Source of the DNA: Paraspadella gotoi
Taxonomy: Eukaryota > Animalia > Chaetognatha
Length of the DNA: 64,000 bases
Assembly: GCA_051294375.1 (NCBI GenBank)
Contig: CM119263.1
Coordinates: 23,101,330-23,165,329, forward strand
Direction: 5' to 3'
Shown in pieces: positions 40,903 to 52,709 of this stretch. Every line of letters begins with the position of its first letter. Positions within the stretch are counted from its first letter, which is position 1. The notes under the pieces were generated by a model. It did no database searches, was not told the origin of the DNA, and saw nothing but the letters and a program-made list of their open reading frames with translations. The translations under genes and the position numbers were made by a program.

Positions 40903-42174
40903 TGTACAAACGCTCCCCTTCTCCAAAAAAGAGAAAATCGAACGAAGGGGAATTTCGCCAAGAATTTTTTTTAAAGAAACAAAGAAAGAAATGATGACGA
41001 CGACGCAGAACAACAACGACGACGACGTACGACAACATTACGACCGCGATAATTCGACGACAACGACGAGCTAAAAATTTGGGGGAAAATTACGACCCAG
41101 AAAAATTTGGAGGAATAAATTAGTCGTTATAATAATTTGAAGTTGGGCTTAGACGAAATCGCGGTTAAGCTAAAATTCGGGTGAGAACGAATTTCGAATA
41201 ACCCGAGTCGGTTGAAGCGTCGGAGGTGGATGTTTATTTTCGGTCGCTTGGCAACGGGAATTACTTCCAAAACTGTCTTTTGGCGTCTGTGATTGACCAC
41301 AGTGACCACAATTGTGGCGTTGATCTTGAATTCGATTTTTTTCTCGCTTCTGTTTTGAGCAACCTGATTGGCTGACGTCGAGGAGAGAGAGAAAAAAACT
41401 CCGCAAGCGAGTATATAAGTCACGGCGCTCGTTGGCGTCGTCGTTGTTGTTGTTGTCGTTGTTTCTAAAGTAAAATCTGCGCTGACGAGGTGATGAGATG
41501 CGGATTATGACTCGCACAGTTTACGGGGGCGAAGGGGAGAGGTAACAGGAAGGGGAGTGAGGACAAGGTAAGTGAGGTTGGGTAAGTGGCGACAGGAAAG
41601 GCAAAAGAGCCCCCAAAGTATATAGTAATTAAATATTTTTATCAAGGTGTATGTTTATCGATTAAAATTTTTTTGAAATATTTAGCGATTCAAATGAATT
41701 TAAACAAAATATATATAAAATATAAATATGAATATAAGTATAAAAACAAAAAGATATAACATAAATATAACGTAAAATAAATGATTTGAAGTAAAGGAAT
41801 AAACAGTAAAGAATGGAAGGGATATCAAAAGAAAGGAGATGAGATGAGATGAAATGAGTTGAAAGAAAGGATATGAAGAGGGCAAGTAGCAAGGAAGGAA
41901 GAGAAAGAAATTAGAAGAAGATGTGAGTGGGAGTGGAAGGGAAAAAAGAAAATCGCCCGGTATCGCTCCCTCCGCCGCTCAAACCTCGTTGCCTCGTTGT
42001 CATGGTGATTGTACTTAACCGCGCCAAATGAGTCTCAGTCTCAAAAAAAAAAGAGAAGAAAAAAGAGGGAAAAAAAGAAAAAAAAGTTTTGGCAAGTGAA
42101 ACTAAGAGCGGCGTTAGAAACGGCGTTAGAGGGGAGGAACCCAGGCGCGCCGGATTAGGAGGCGTCAGAAAGAG

Positions 42175-42266
<92 letters not shown>

Positions 42267-43270
42267 TAAGAACAACCCGTGATGTCGGGATGGCGACGCA
42301 ATTGCTGCGTTGCCGGAAATGGCGGCGTTGTAGAGACTTGGGTGGCGGCCGAACTGGGCGGAGGCGGCTGAAGGCGGAGCCGGTGCAAGCGACTTTAGGG
42401 GCCAAACCACGCCACCCTGGACCGATTTTCACATGCAAATTGCCGCAATGGCTGAGGTTCTTTCCGCCCACTAGGACTCTCATCAAGTGTTTCCTGCAGC
42501 CGCCGTCGTCGTGGTTTTCGTCGTCGTCTTCGTCTTCGTCGTCGTTAATATCGTTGTTGATTTCCTCGATGCCGTCGTTGTTGTCTTCTTATTTTTTTAT
42601 AGTTTTAACAACAAATTACTAAACTATAAGTATTAAGTAACTTAAGTTGCCCTTTGTTTTAACTAATCATTTTTCTTTCGAGTTCGTTGACAGCAAATTT
42701 ATTACTCACTGACTGGTAAATATAAAAGATTTCCCGCTTCATTGAAATTACAGATATTCTATTCTTCGAGATGGACGCTGCCGAACCCAGATGGCGCTGC
42801 GACGATCAGGACTTCCTATCGTCTTGCGCTCTGCGTCGACAAATAATGAGAATGACATTTTCGCGTCTCGACATTTCAACGTCGGCGATTCCGAGCCGGC
42901 TTTTTTTTTCGGTTCTGACTTTTCTTTGCCGGCTTCTGGCGCCGTCGACCCTTTGTCACTTTACCACTTGGAATGACGTGGCAATTCGTGACATCCGTAA
43001 TTTACAGCGCTGATCCTCGTCGGTATTTTTTTACGACAGCGTCACCGATTCGTGATTTCGCCGATTATTTTTTTTTCCCTCAAGAGACGGTTCTCCCGTC
43101 GACTGTCGAACCATGGAAAACAAAAAATCAATAATTTTACGGCGCGAAGCCATCGAATCCATCTGCTACTAGATTTTTTTTTTTTTTAAACTTATTAAAT
43201 TCACGCCCTATCAGGTTTTTGCTTTTTGTTGAGCTCGTCAGCGGAATCATTTCCGTCGGATTATTTTTCA

Positions 43271-43354
<84 letters not shown>

Positions 43355-45322
43355 GGTATTTCCATTTTTCTTTCAATATCGGCTTTTTGTTTCTCGTTTT
43401 CTATTGAATTTAGTTTTTTTGAAATACAATGTCTTTTTTTTTTAAACGATACCTTTGAGTGTACTTACTTTTAAGTAAGGATCAGTTTTGGTTTGTTAAT
43501 GGAAAAAGCCAGGCAGCGGCAAGAATTTTACTTTATTTTTTTAATCTTCCCGTTTCTTAGTTTTCAATAATCTTAAAATTCTTAAATCTTAAATCTTAAA
43601 TCTTAAAATCAAAGAATAAAAAACTCTCTCGTCTCTATTTCTATTTAAAAGAAAAAAAGTTTTAGGCCATTACAATCACAGCCTTAAATTGTACTCATTT
43701 TTTATCGTACCAGTCTCTCGGTCCCATCCATAGTCAACCCCTCAACCCCCCTTGCCACCCCAATTCCCCCGCTCATTCCACCCCGAGATTTTATCACAAC
43801 CCCGAATGTGACACGAAACTAATCTCAGTCCCTTTCTCGTCTGCTTTTCCCAATTTCTCCCAATTTCGTTTCCTTCTTTTTTCCATCTTCCATTAATGCG
43901 GCGGCGGCGGCGGCGGCGGCGGCGGAGGCAGCGGCGGCAGCGGCAGCGGTAGCGGCGGAGGCGGCTGCCTGTCTTAAGCTTTTGTGTGCTGCTCCCAACC
44001 TTTCTTCTTCCTCCTGTCAATTTTGGCAGACAAAAATTCGGATTTTAAAGAATTTAAAGAATTTGCAAATATGGCTGCCGCCGGCCTTCCGCCCGGCAAA
44101 AACCGGCTTCGCTCCGCTCCGTCCCCCCTTTCGCCCCCTCTTAGTGGCGGCAGCCGGCGCCGCCGACGGCCGGTTCTCCCCCTTCTCTTCCTCTTCCGGT
44201 ATTGCGATTCCAAATGGGATTAAGGATGACGACGACAACGACGAAGTTGAAGAAGAAAAAGGGTTGAGCTCGACGTTAGGGATGGCANNNNNNNNNNAAT
44301 TACCCGAAAAAAATATCGTCGTTACACAAGTAAAGGAACTCGTGGGTTCTGCGTAACAAAAACTCTTTCTACGAAATTTCCTTTTTTCTTCTTATTTTTT
44401 TTTTATTTCCAAATGTGACAATAACTATTTTCCCTTCTCTCCGAAAATTATACTTGTAACAAACCCCGCATAATGGTTCGGTTAGTGACTCGAGTTCGCC
44501 ATGCGCCCCCCCACCATCCCGAAAAAAAAAGTTGGGTACGAAATGAGCTAATTATTTCTTCCTCTAAAAACTTGACAAAAAAAGAAGTAAAATTTGGGAC
44601 TGTCCCCTTTTACGGTTTATCCACCCTCCCAATTGAGGCCTTACTCTTTCTTTCCGGTTCGCTTTCGGTGTTAAATCCCCCATGACCCCATGCGGTTAAT
44701 TTCTCACCATGAGAGATGTCCCACGAGGAGTTTATTCCCTTTTCGCGAGTAAATTTCGCCCGTTGCGTCAATATCATATCACTGGAGTGAAATAAGAAGA
44801 TTTCTCATTTTTGAATTTTTCTTTATTCATTCTCCTTAATGAAGTGGCCCTTTCAATCATGTCTCTTCTATCATGTCTCTTCTTTTTATTCATATTCATC
44901 TTCCCATCAACTCATAACCCCACTGAGAATCACCCCTTTCTCCTCCTCAGTCCCCTGACCCCCTCCTCCCAACCCATACCCATCAAGTTGGGGGACTAAC
45001 GAACTAAGGACATAGCAATTTCTCGGCCCGGGGCGTAAAACCACTCTGGGTTGTCTTTAAACCCGTCGAAGAGGATTACGAGTCTCCGAGTGTGTGACTT
45101 ATTTTTCGGAGCCAAGTAATTATCTGCTTCCAGAGCCTCTAGCGAGAGAGTAAAAAAAAATAACTACAAGATGTCGCTTCGGAAGGCAAGGGAAAAAAAT
45201 AAACAGCGCGGTAATAGAGAAAAAAAAAACATGAAAACAAACAAAAGAACACGCAGCAGAACGATTTAAAAAAAACAAAAACANNNNNNNNNNAAAATAA
45301 GACCGGGATTCTTTCTTCGCCT

Positions 45323-47036
45323 TCAAACCGGCCGCGGAATTCCGGTTTTAGATTTTGGACTTTTTCGCGATTTGACTTCGTCGTTGTCGTCGTCGCCGAC
45401 CAGCGCCGCGTCCAACGGGTCCATCGATCTTCTCTCCCGGCGTTCTCGGCGCTTTTTCGGGCCCTTGCTCTTTCGATAATCATCTTTTCCGGCGACGGAG
45501 GTGGTTGACTCTTCCTCCGCCGTCGCGTCCTCGCGCGGCGCTGCCACGGCCAGCGGCGTCCGCTCGTCGTCGTCGTTCGCCCGGAAGCCGATCGGGACGC
45601 GGACGTCAAAGCGACCCTCGTCCTCGGGTTTCAAAGGTTCGTTTACGGCGTCATCGGGCGCCGCGTCTAGTGAGTCGGCCTCGAAAGAGTCGGCGTCGTC
45701 GCCAAAGTCGGCGTCGCGGAGTCCGGCGTCGCGGACGGCGCCGTAGAATCGATCGTCGAGTTCGATGTCGTCGTCGACGCCGAAAGCTTCCAACGTGGAC
45801 GCCTCCAAGACGTTCTGACGTGGGATCTCGGTAAGCAGCTTGTCGAAGGTGGAGTCTTCGAGGCTGCGGAGGATGTCGTCGGCGGAGACTTGGGCGCCGG
45901 CGTCGTCGAGAGGGGGAGGCGCCTCTACGTCTCCAAGCAGGGAGAACTCCTGGAAAGGAGGGGAAAATTAATTAATTAATTAATTAATTAATTAATTAAT
46001 TAAATTAATTAAATTAATAATTAATTTTTTTATTTATTTAATTTATTTATTTATATTATTTATATTATTTATTTTATTTATTTATTTATTTATTAATTAA
46101 TTAATTAATTACCTCACTCGATGCCATCGAATCCTGGACCGAAGCCTCCACGCGAATCCTCAACTCTTCGGTGTTGCTTCTGTCGACGAGCCTCTTGGCG
46201 CCGATTCTCGGCGTCGTATCTTCGGCGGCGACGACGACCGGCGCTTTTCTCCCCGGCGCCGCTTCGAGAAAGTGTTCCGCCTCCTCGGCGATCGATTCCA
46301 ATTTGCCGACGTCGCCGTTCTGCTCGTTAACGTCGTCGTTATCGTCGTCGTCTTCGTCGTCATCGTCGTCGCGAATCCTGACCTTGGAGAGGCGCCCCTG
46401 AATCTCCTCGCCGATGACGGCGACATATTTGAGGTCGATCGAGGAGGCGGGGGCGTCGTCGTCGCCGCGAGAGGGCGGCGCCGGCGTCGGCGGCGGCGTC
46501 GGCGGGGTGGAACCGAGATTGGAGAGAGTTCGAACGCGTTGTCCGTTTTTGTCGGAATCGTCGTCGTCGTTGTCGTCGTCGTTGTCGTCGCAGAGAGACG
46601 GATCAGAGGCGACGTTGATGACGACGGAGACGACGGCGTCTTGAGAAGGGGAGACGTCGCCGTTTAATTGAACGGCAGCGCTTTCGTCGAATTTGTTTCC
46701 GCTAGATGTCGCTGCGCTACAGTCGTCGACTGCAGCCACGATGGTGTGATCTGGGACATTATTGACGGGAGCACCGACGTCAGCGGTGGCATCGCCGTCG
46801 TCGTGGGTGCTGGCGGAATCCTTCGAATTGGATGGCGCCACCCGGGCAATCGGCGTTACTTTATTTCCATCAACTTCTTTCGATTTTTCGACGCCAATCG
46901 TCGCAACGACGCCTCCAGCATTCACGGGCGCCGTTCCGGATGATTTTCGCGCTAGATAATATTTGACGGCGAATGCGGTTAACGCCACTGATCCGCCGCC
47001 AACCAGGGTCCAAAACACCACGCGTCCAGGCGACAT
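45323..47036 (-). CDS. Orphan two-exon protein (~515 aa): N-terminal signal-anchor helix, acidic disordered body, C-terminal TGIP motif
   Basis: Exon 47036-46113 (MSPGRVVFWTLVGGGSVALTAFAVKYYLARK..., donor GAG|GTAATT) splices in frame via ttccag|GAG to exon 45949-45323, ending KSPKSKTGIPRPV*. Confidence 0.75.
45965..46110. repeat. (TTAA)n/(TTTA)n tract filling the intron
   Basis: Nearly 100% A/T with self-complementary TTAA arrays at both ends. Confidence 0.9.
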
Positions 47037-49615
47037 CGGAGTGGCCTTTGCCGAGTCGCCGGCGGTCACGGCGAAATTGAAAGATTCTCCTAGAATATTT
47101 TTGTTGTTGGAAGAAAGATATTTTTTTGTTTTGTTTTAGCTGCGTTCAGAATTATTTTACAAGTAGACCAAAAGTATTGTTCAAGTAAACAGTATCATTG
47201 ACGATCTTTTGCCAAGCGGTCTTCTCTGGACTTGCAATAAGAGAGTCGCGCAACCGACTTCCCCGGCGCGGCAATCCGCTGGAGAATCCCAGGAGATTGA
47301 CTTCGCCGAAGGGTGAAAGCAAAGCAGACGAATCCGGACGAGCATCCAAGTGCGCAGGCGCGGAAGATCGAAGGAATGGGGCTCGGGGAGGGTGAGCGGA
47401 GAAGGGGTGATGGAGGGGGGAGGTTGGGGAAGCAGATAAAAAGTGAACGACTGCGATTGGTGAGAACGAATCGCGAGAGCGAAAGAGAAAAAGGCGATTA
47501 GACGATTTGAGAATCCAGTGCTGAAGGTTGTTGCCAAATTGTAAATGCGCAAAAATACGTGTTGTTGTGATTTAAATTCCTATTAGTAATTAATTTAATC
47601 TTAATTTTTTAAGGCGAAACTCCGAGTCATCGAAGAAAATGCCATTGTTCTTCTTAATTTTATTTGTCTCCAGTTGAAATTAGAACTTCTTTGGTTTACT
47701 GTATCTACCGGGAACCCGTCGAACTCCAGCCACGACGGCTGGATTAAAATAGACTCACCATCGGAGGTCATTGAGTTACGAGCCCGAAGAATCGAAGGCC
47801 CCGGCGATAGAGAGAAATGGGGTCATAACAACATCGATTATGTTCGATCGGTGAGAGGAGAAGCATCTTCACGATCGTCGTAAAAAATCAAAGTCAAAAT
47901 TTGGAAAAGATAGAGGGCAAAGTCTGAAAGAAGTTGAAAAAAAAAAACATTCAGGATTCTAGAGCTTTGCTCCATATTTTAATTAACAGAACAAACGAAA
48001 GTCGTTTCCTTCTTTTTTTTTCCTAAATATAATTTCGCGGCGGTTAATAAATAAACCGGAACGTGTGAGAGATTCTTTTTAATTCTTTAATTAACCGAGG
48101 GAAACTTTTTCTATCTCCCTCCCATTTTTTATCTTCTTTCGTTTGGTTAAAATCCGGCCTTTCCTTCCAGCCGGTTCTTCCCTATGTACCTACCTGGGCA
48201 CTAAAGCGTAGTAAAAATTCTAAATGTGAGGAACGAACAAATTTAGACTATTGAACATTTATGTAGAAAAAAATTTTATTTTGCTTTCTTTCTTTTGAAC
48301 CTTTGTCCTCAACTTTGACCTTATGACTCTTTTCCTCATATCACTCTTATCTCTCCTTTTCTCTCTCTTTTACTTTTTTATGACTGTTTTTTCTCGCATT
48401 TACTTCGCAAATGAACTATTGTTAAGCAGCGTTAACCAAAATATATTGCTCAACTAAAAATAATATGCGTTTTCCTCATAAAAAGATGTTAATCATCAAT
48501 AAGGATAGTACTATAAATAAATATAGCCTACTGCGAAAATTGAAGAACATAAAATTTTTTTATTTTTACGAATTAATGTTCACTGATGGTATTGGTATGT
48601 TGTCTCATTACAGGGCGGTGAAACTTATAGTAATATTTTGCCTGATTAACTGAGCAAAGTGTTACTGAAATTGCCTAGGTAAAGAAATGATTTTTCTTAA
48701 TTAATATAAGCAATTTCTGAATCAAAATATTTTGCTTATATTTATTTTAAAGATAATTTGTTATTACTATATTTTAAGCTTAAAAATACTTTTCCCAATT
48801 GGCATGAAATATGAGTATCAGCATTAAGTATGTAAACTACTTGGCTACTACCAGACCCAGAACCAATAAAATTATTAAAGAAGTATAATTCATTGATAAA
48901 TAAAAAAATTAACAGATAATAAAGAATTATAGTAATAAACAATAAGGAAGCATACATGATAAGAGATTTGCAATGTAACATATTCAGTTGTATCCTGATA
49001 TGATTGACAATATTAAAACCTTGATCAAAGATGATGAAAAAAGACTCAAATCGCCCAAAAATGTTTGTATCTTATTTAGAATGTCAAAGCTCATTAGAAT
49101 TTCTTGCAGAGATATGATATGGATTACTCAATACCTCCCTAGCTGATTATATTAAAAAATTTGAGCTCGATATGGAAAGAAATATCCTATTTATATGATT
49201 TTAAAATAAAAAAATCTAAAAAAAATTCTTCCATTTTTCATCATTAACAAAGATTTTAACTCAAAGTAAAAAATGACATTCTTGAACATACTGAAAAATG
49301 TTTATCTATTATAAAACAACTATATAATAGACTCCAACCCCTGTCACCAAACACCAAATACCAAACACCAAACATATTTTTTAACTATTAATTTTTTTTT
49401 TTAAATTATTTTTTATCTTTCATTAAAAACAGTTGGGCTAAAACTAATTGAATTTCAATGTTGAGCAAATTAAAGTTTATATTTGATAAAGATTTTGTTT
49501 AAAGTTTAATACCAAAAAATATCCTATTTTGTTATTTTTTTAATTTATATGAAATTTGCAAAATTACTTGTTCACTATCTTAATTTTTATATTTTATGAA
49601 TGTTTTACTATTTAA

Positions 49616-49792
49616 ACTTTGTGTGTAAATCCTTTCACTCTCTCTCTCCTCTCTCCCTTTTCTTCTTTTGTAGAAAAAAAATTTGTGAGCATTTCACAAA
49701 AACTTTGACACTGATGAAGGCTCACAACTGTGAGCCGAAACACGTTCGTCTAACAATAAAAATTGTTGCAATTAAATAATTTGTCTTCTTAA
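49616..49792 (+). mobile_element. Short retro-insertion resembling a Penelope-like pLTR/retrozyme 3' end, with 9-bp flanking direct repeat
   Basis: ACTATTTAA at 49607-49615 and 49793-49801 flank a segment absent from the paralogous repeat at 6898-7057. The segment holds a hammerhead core followed by AATAAA. Confidence 0.6.
49704..49753 (+). ncRNA. Minimal type-I hammerhead ribozyme motif
   Basis: tttgaca-CTGATGA-a-GGCTCACA-ac-TGTGAGCC-GAAA-cacgtt-cgtctaa: conserved core boxes, perfect stem II, short stem III with ACGT palindrome, stem I gac/gtc. Confidence 0.7.
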
Positions 49793-50349
49793 ACTATTTA
49801 ATTATATTATTTTATTATTATATATATTACTTTTTAAAAATATTATTTGCTTTATATCTAATAACTCATTTTGGGAGGGGAAAGTCAGTGTTGTCTTCTG
49901 GAAATAGAGGGAGCATCTATATAACACAAGGTTAGACTACAATAGAATACAATTAGACTACAATTTTTAATTTAATATCATTTGGCTTCAAATTATTAAA
50001 GTAACCTTTCCTTTTTAAATCTTAGCAAATTAGATCATAAGTTTATCAGTTATATCTTAGTTTTAAAGATTCTTTCCTCAATTAAAAATTGCCTACTTTA
50101 TTCAGTTAACTACTAAGTAAACCAAAAAATTGTCTATTACCTATTTAAGAAAAAATCTTTGCCTAAGTTCACCCCCTATTGTTCATAATTGACATTTAGA
50201 ATTTTCGTATGTAACTTTTACTATGCTCTACTGGGCAGTGGGCACCCTATCCCATGGCCTTTCCCTTTTCTGCCCTTCGGCCTTTCCCCGCTTCTATCTA
50301 TCCCCCCGTTTCCTCTCCTTCTTCCCCTTGTGCTCACTCCCACCTTATG

Positions 50350-50430
50350 CCCTGCCCTCTTGCCCCTTGGCCCTTGACCCCTTGCCCTTGCCCCTTGCCC
50401 CTTGCCCCTTGCCCTTGCCCCTTCCCCTTC
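50350..50430. repeat. (CCCCTTG)n heptamer array, G-quadruplex-prone on the minus strand
   Basis: About 10 units of ccc(c)ttg. Confidence 0.85.
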
Positions 50431-50665
50431 CTCTTCCCCCTCCTTTCCCCCTGTCGCAAGAGCCCAAAGCTTCTCCAGCAACATAGAGTTCATCTTCCTT
50501 GGCTGCCGGAAACCGGCGCGTGGCCGACCGGTGGCTGTGAGTTGCTGACTCCTGCTTCCTGCGCCGGCCGTCCCGAGGCGGCGCGCTCGCGCATTTAGTT
50601 TATTCCATTTCGCGAATTAGATCCGCGTCACGAGCGAAGCGTTTCTGCGACGAGATTCTTGGATG

Positions 50666-50743
50666 AATCAGACGCGGCCGAGGGGTTAGGCCGTCGTTCC
50701 GGCGAACAATGAGGTTACTGGTTCGAACCCCGTTGATTTTTTT
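50666..50743 (+). pseudogene. tRNA-like element (degenerate tRNA or SINE head)
   Basis: A-box-like CGGCCGAGGGGTTAGG, B-box GGTTCGAACCC, ends aatcagacg/cgttgatt partly pair, followed by a T-run. The anticodon arm is non-canonical. Confidence 0.5.
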
Positions 50744-50899
50744 ATTTTAACTCTCGATGATGTTGGGAAATTTCGGTGGTGGTGATCATCTCGTCTTTTC
50801 GTCATTGGTGTATTCTTGACTAATTACTACGTTTAACTTTTCGAATTTTATCTCTTAACCTCATTTCCCCACCCTAAACTCACCCACGCCTTCCCTCTC

Positions 50900-51660
50900 T
50901 CTCCCTCCAAAGCAGAGGGACCCGGCTGCGGAGCGAGGCGCCTCTCCGGCTCGACTCGAAATGCGGTTCCGGTTTCGCGGCTCCGCGGCGCCAGCGTCGC
51001 AACCTTCCACGTAATCACGTGACGTGAATTTTCACAAAGATAATAAATTCGAGAAAAGAATGAGAAGGAAAAAAAAGGTTCTAAATTTTTTTTTAATTTC
51101 GTACATTTTTTTAATTATTTTTTTTTTTTACAAGGTGCACCTTTCTGGAGCCGCAAAAAATTCCATCTCACGATTCGCCGCCTTCCGCCGCCCATTTCCC
51201 GCTTCCTAGCTCCCCGCCCACCGCCACCTGCCGCCCGCCGCCCGCTCGATACCGTGTCGCTGTCTTCGAATATTTTTTTACATTATTGTATTATTCGGTT
51301 TTTACGTATCATTTCTGAGAAAAATACCGCGGCGTCGGCTGCTGCCGTTCCGCCGCGGATAAATCTTTCTTTTTTAAAAAAAATCGCCGGAAAGAATTTT
51401 AAAAAACAAATCGAGATAAAAATCTCACTGCGCATGCGTGAATCTTAGCAACGTTTGGATTATGGAAAGTGGGGCCATGGTGAGTTAAGGGGAGAAAGTA
51501 GAGGCGTTTCCTACCTTTTTTTGCTCTTTTTCTCTCTCTTCTACTTCTAAAGCTTTGTCTCTATCTCTATCTCTCTAGCTCTCGCAAAAAGTCTTGATGA
51601 GATGGAATTGTGTCGGTCGTTCAGGGTTTGCGCTATGGCCGTAAGATGGCGCTGCGAATG
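50900..51660. promoter_or_regulatory. CpG-rich promoter-like cluster (E-box, GC boxes, NRF1-like, X-box half site, YY1-like)
   Basis: TCACGTGA 51015, CCCCGCCC ~51212, TGCGCATGCG 51429, CTTAGCAAC 51444, AAGATGGCG 51643, donor ATG|GTGAGT 51479/51480. Confidence 0.45.
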
Positions 51661-51733
51661 GCGCCGATTGCCCCCTCGTCGAACGTTTCTCACTTAATGA
51701 GGCAGCGTCATTAAAAAAAATCCCATTCGTGAA

Positions 51734-51801
<68 letters not shown>

Positions 51802-52283
51802 CAAAAAAGGGAGTGTTAGTGCCGAGGATTAGTAGACAAGAAGTGGCCATTCCAGTCTACCTCGAGTCTCTTTTTCAAAAGTACTGTATTTCTCTTTTTC
51901 CCGCGCGGGACTCGTCAACGAGATTAGAGTCCAACCCTCCCTCACCCTTCAACCCCCCCGCCCCCCCCTCTATTGCGAAAGGTTTCAACGTGGATCGCGA
52001 AAAAACCAAGTGGGTTGAGGGGGTAAGTTGAGGAGCTGGAAGGCGAGCTGGCGGGGGGGGGAGGGGTGGGGGAGAATTAGAGCAATGGAGTTGTTGGAAA
52101 GGTGGAATTATCAAGGGTTGAGACGTTTTAAAATTAACTTTATAGTAAATACAGCGGTTATATTGCGCTCAATACTTAAATAACAAAGCCAGCTCGGTAT
52201 ACTTTCCACGCTGTAACTCGCTCATTGCTTAAGTAAATTGTGTCCCCGGCTCCAAGGATGCTCATCAATATAGAATTATTGAA

Positions 52284-52393
<110 letters not shown>

Positions 52394-52709
52394 CGTCCCG
52401 TTCGCTTTTCATTCGTGTTTTAATGAGGAAGAGACCGCGAACGACATGATGCCTTTCATTAAACTTTATGAATAAAGATTAGCATTCGGGGCGGAGGAGA
52501 AAATAGACGAGGGAATCCCAACTCGACTCGTACGCGCATCTGCGAGCATCTGCATGCACGGCGTGCGTGTATTCGCGGACATCCACGTGCGACGAGCGCG
52601 GGTCTTTGAACTATGGTGAGAAGAAAAAATAAATATTATTTTTGGATGAATAAGAAATGCATCGGATTTTTACTTTGAGATGAATAAGGATAAACAAGTT
52701 TGAGCAAAC

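Noticed and set aside
43890-44356. GC-rich (GCG)n island with short ORFs (MAAAGLPPGK...)
   Set aside because: No recognisable domain, interrupted by an N-gap, and no consistent exon chain.
48742-48981. 'VVYI' in a minus ORF as the GIY-YIG endonuclease of a Penelope element next to the hammerhead
   Set aside because: No YIG or Cys motif and no RT motifs nearby, so the similarity is too weak.
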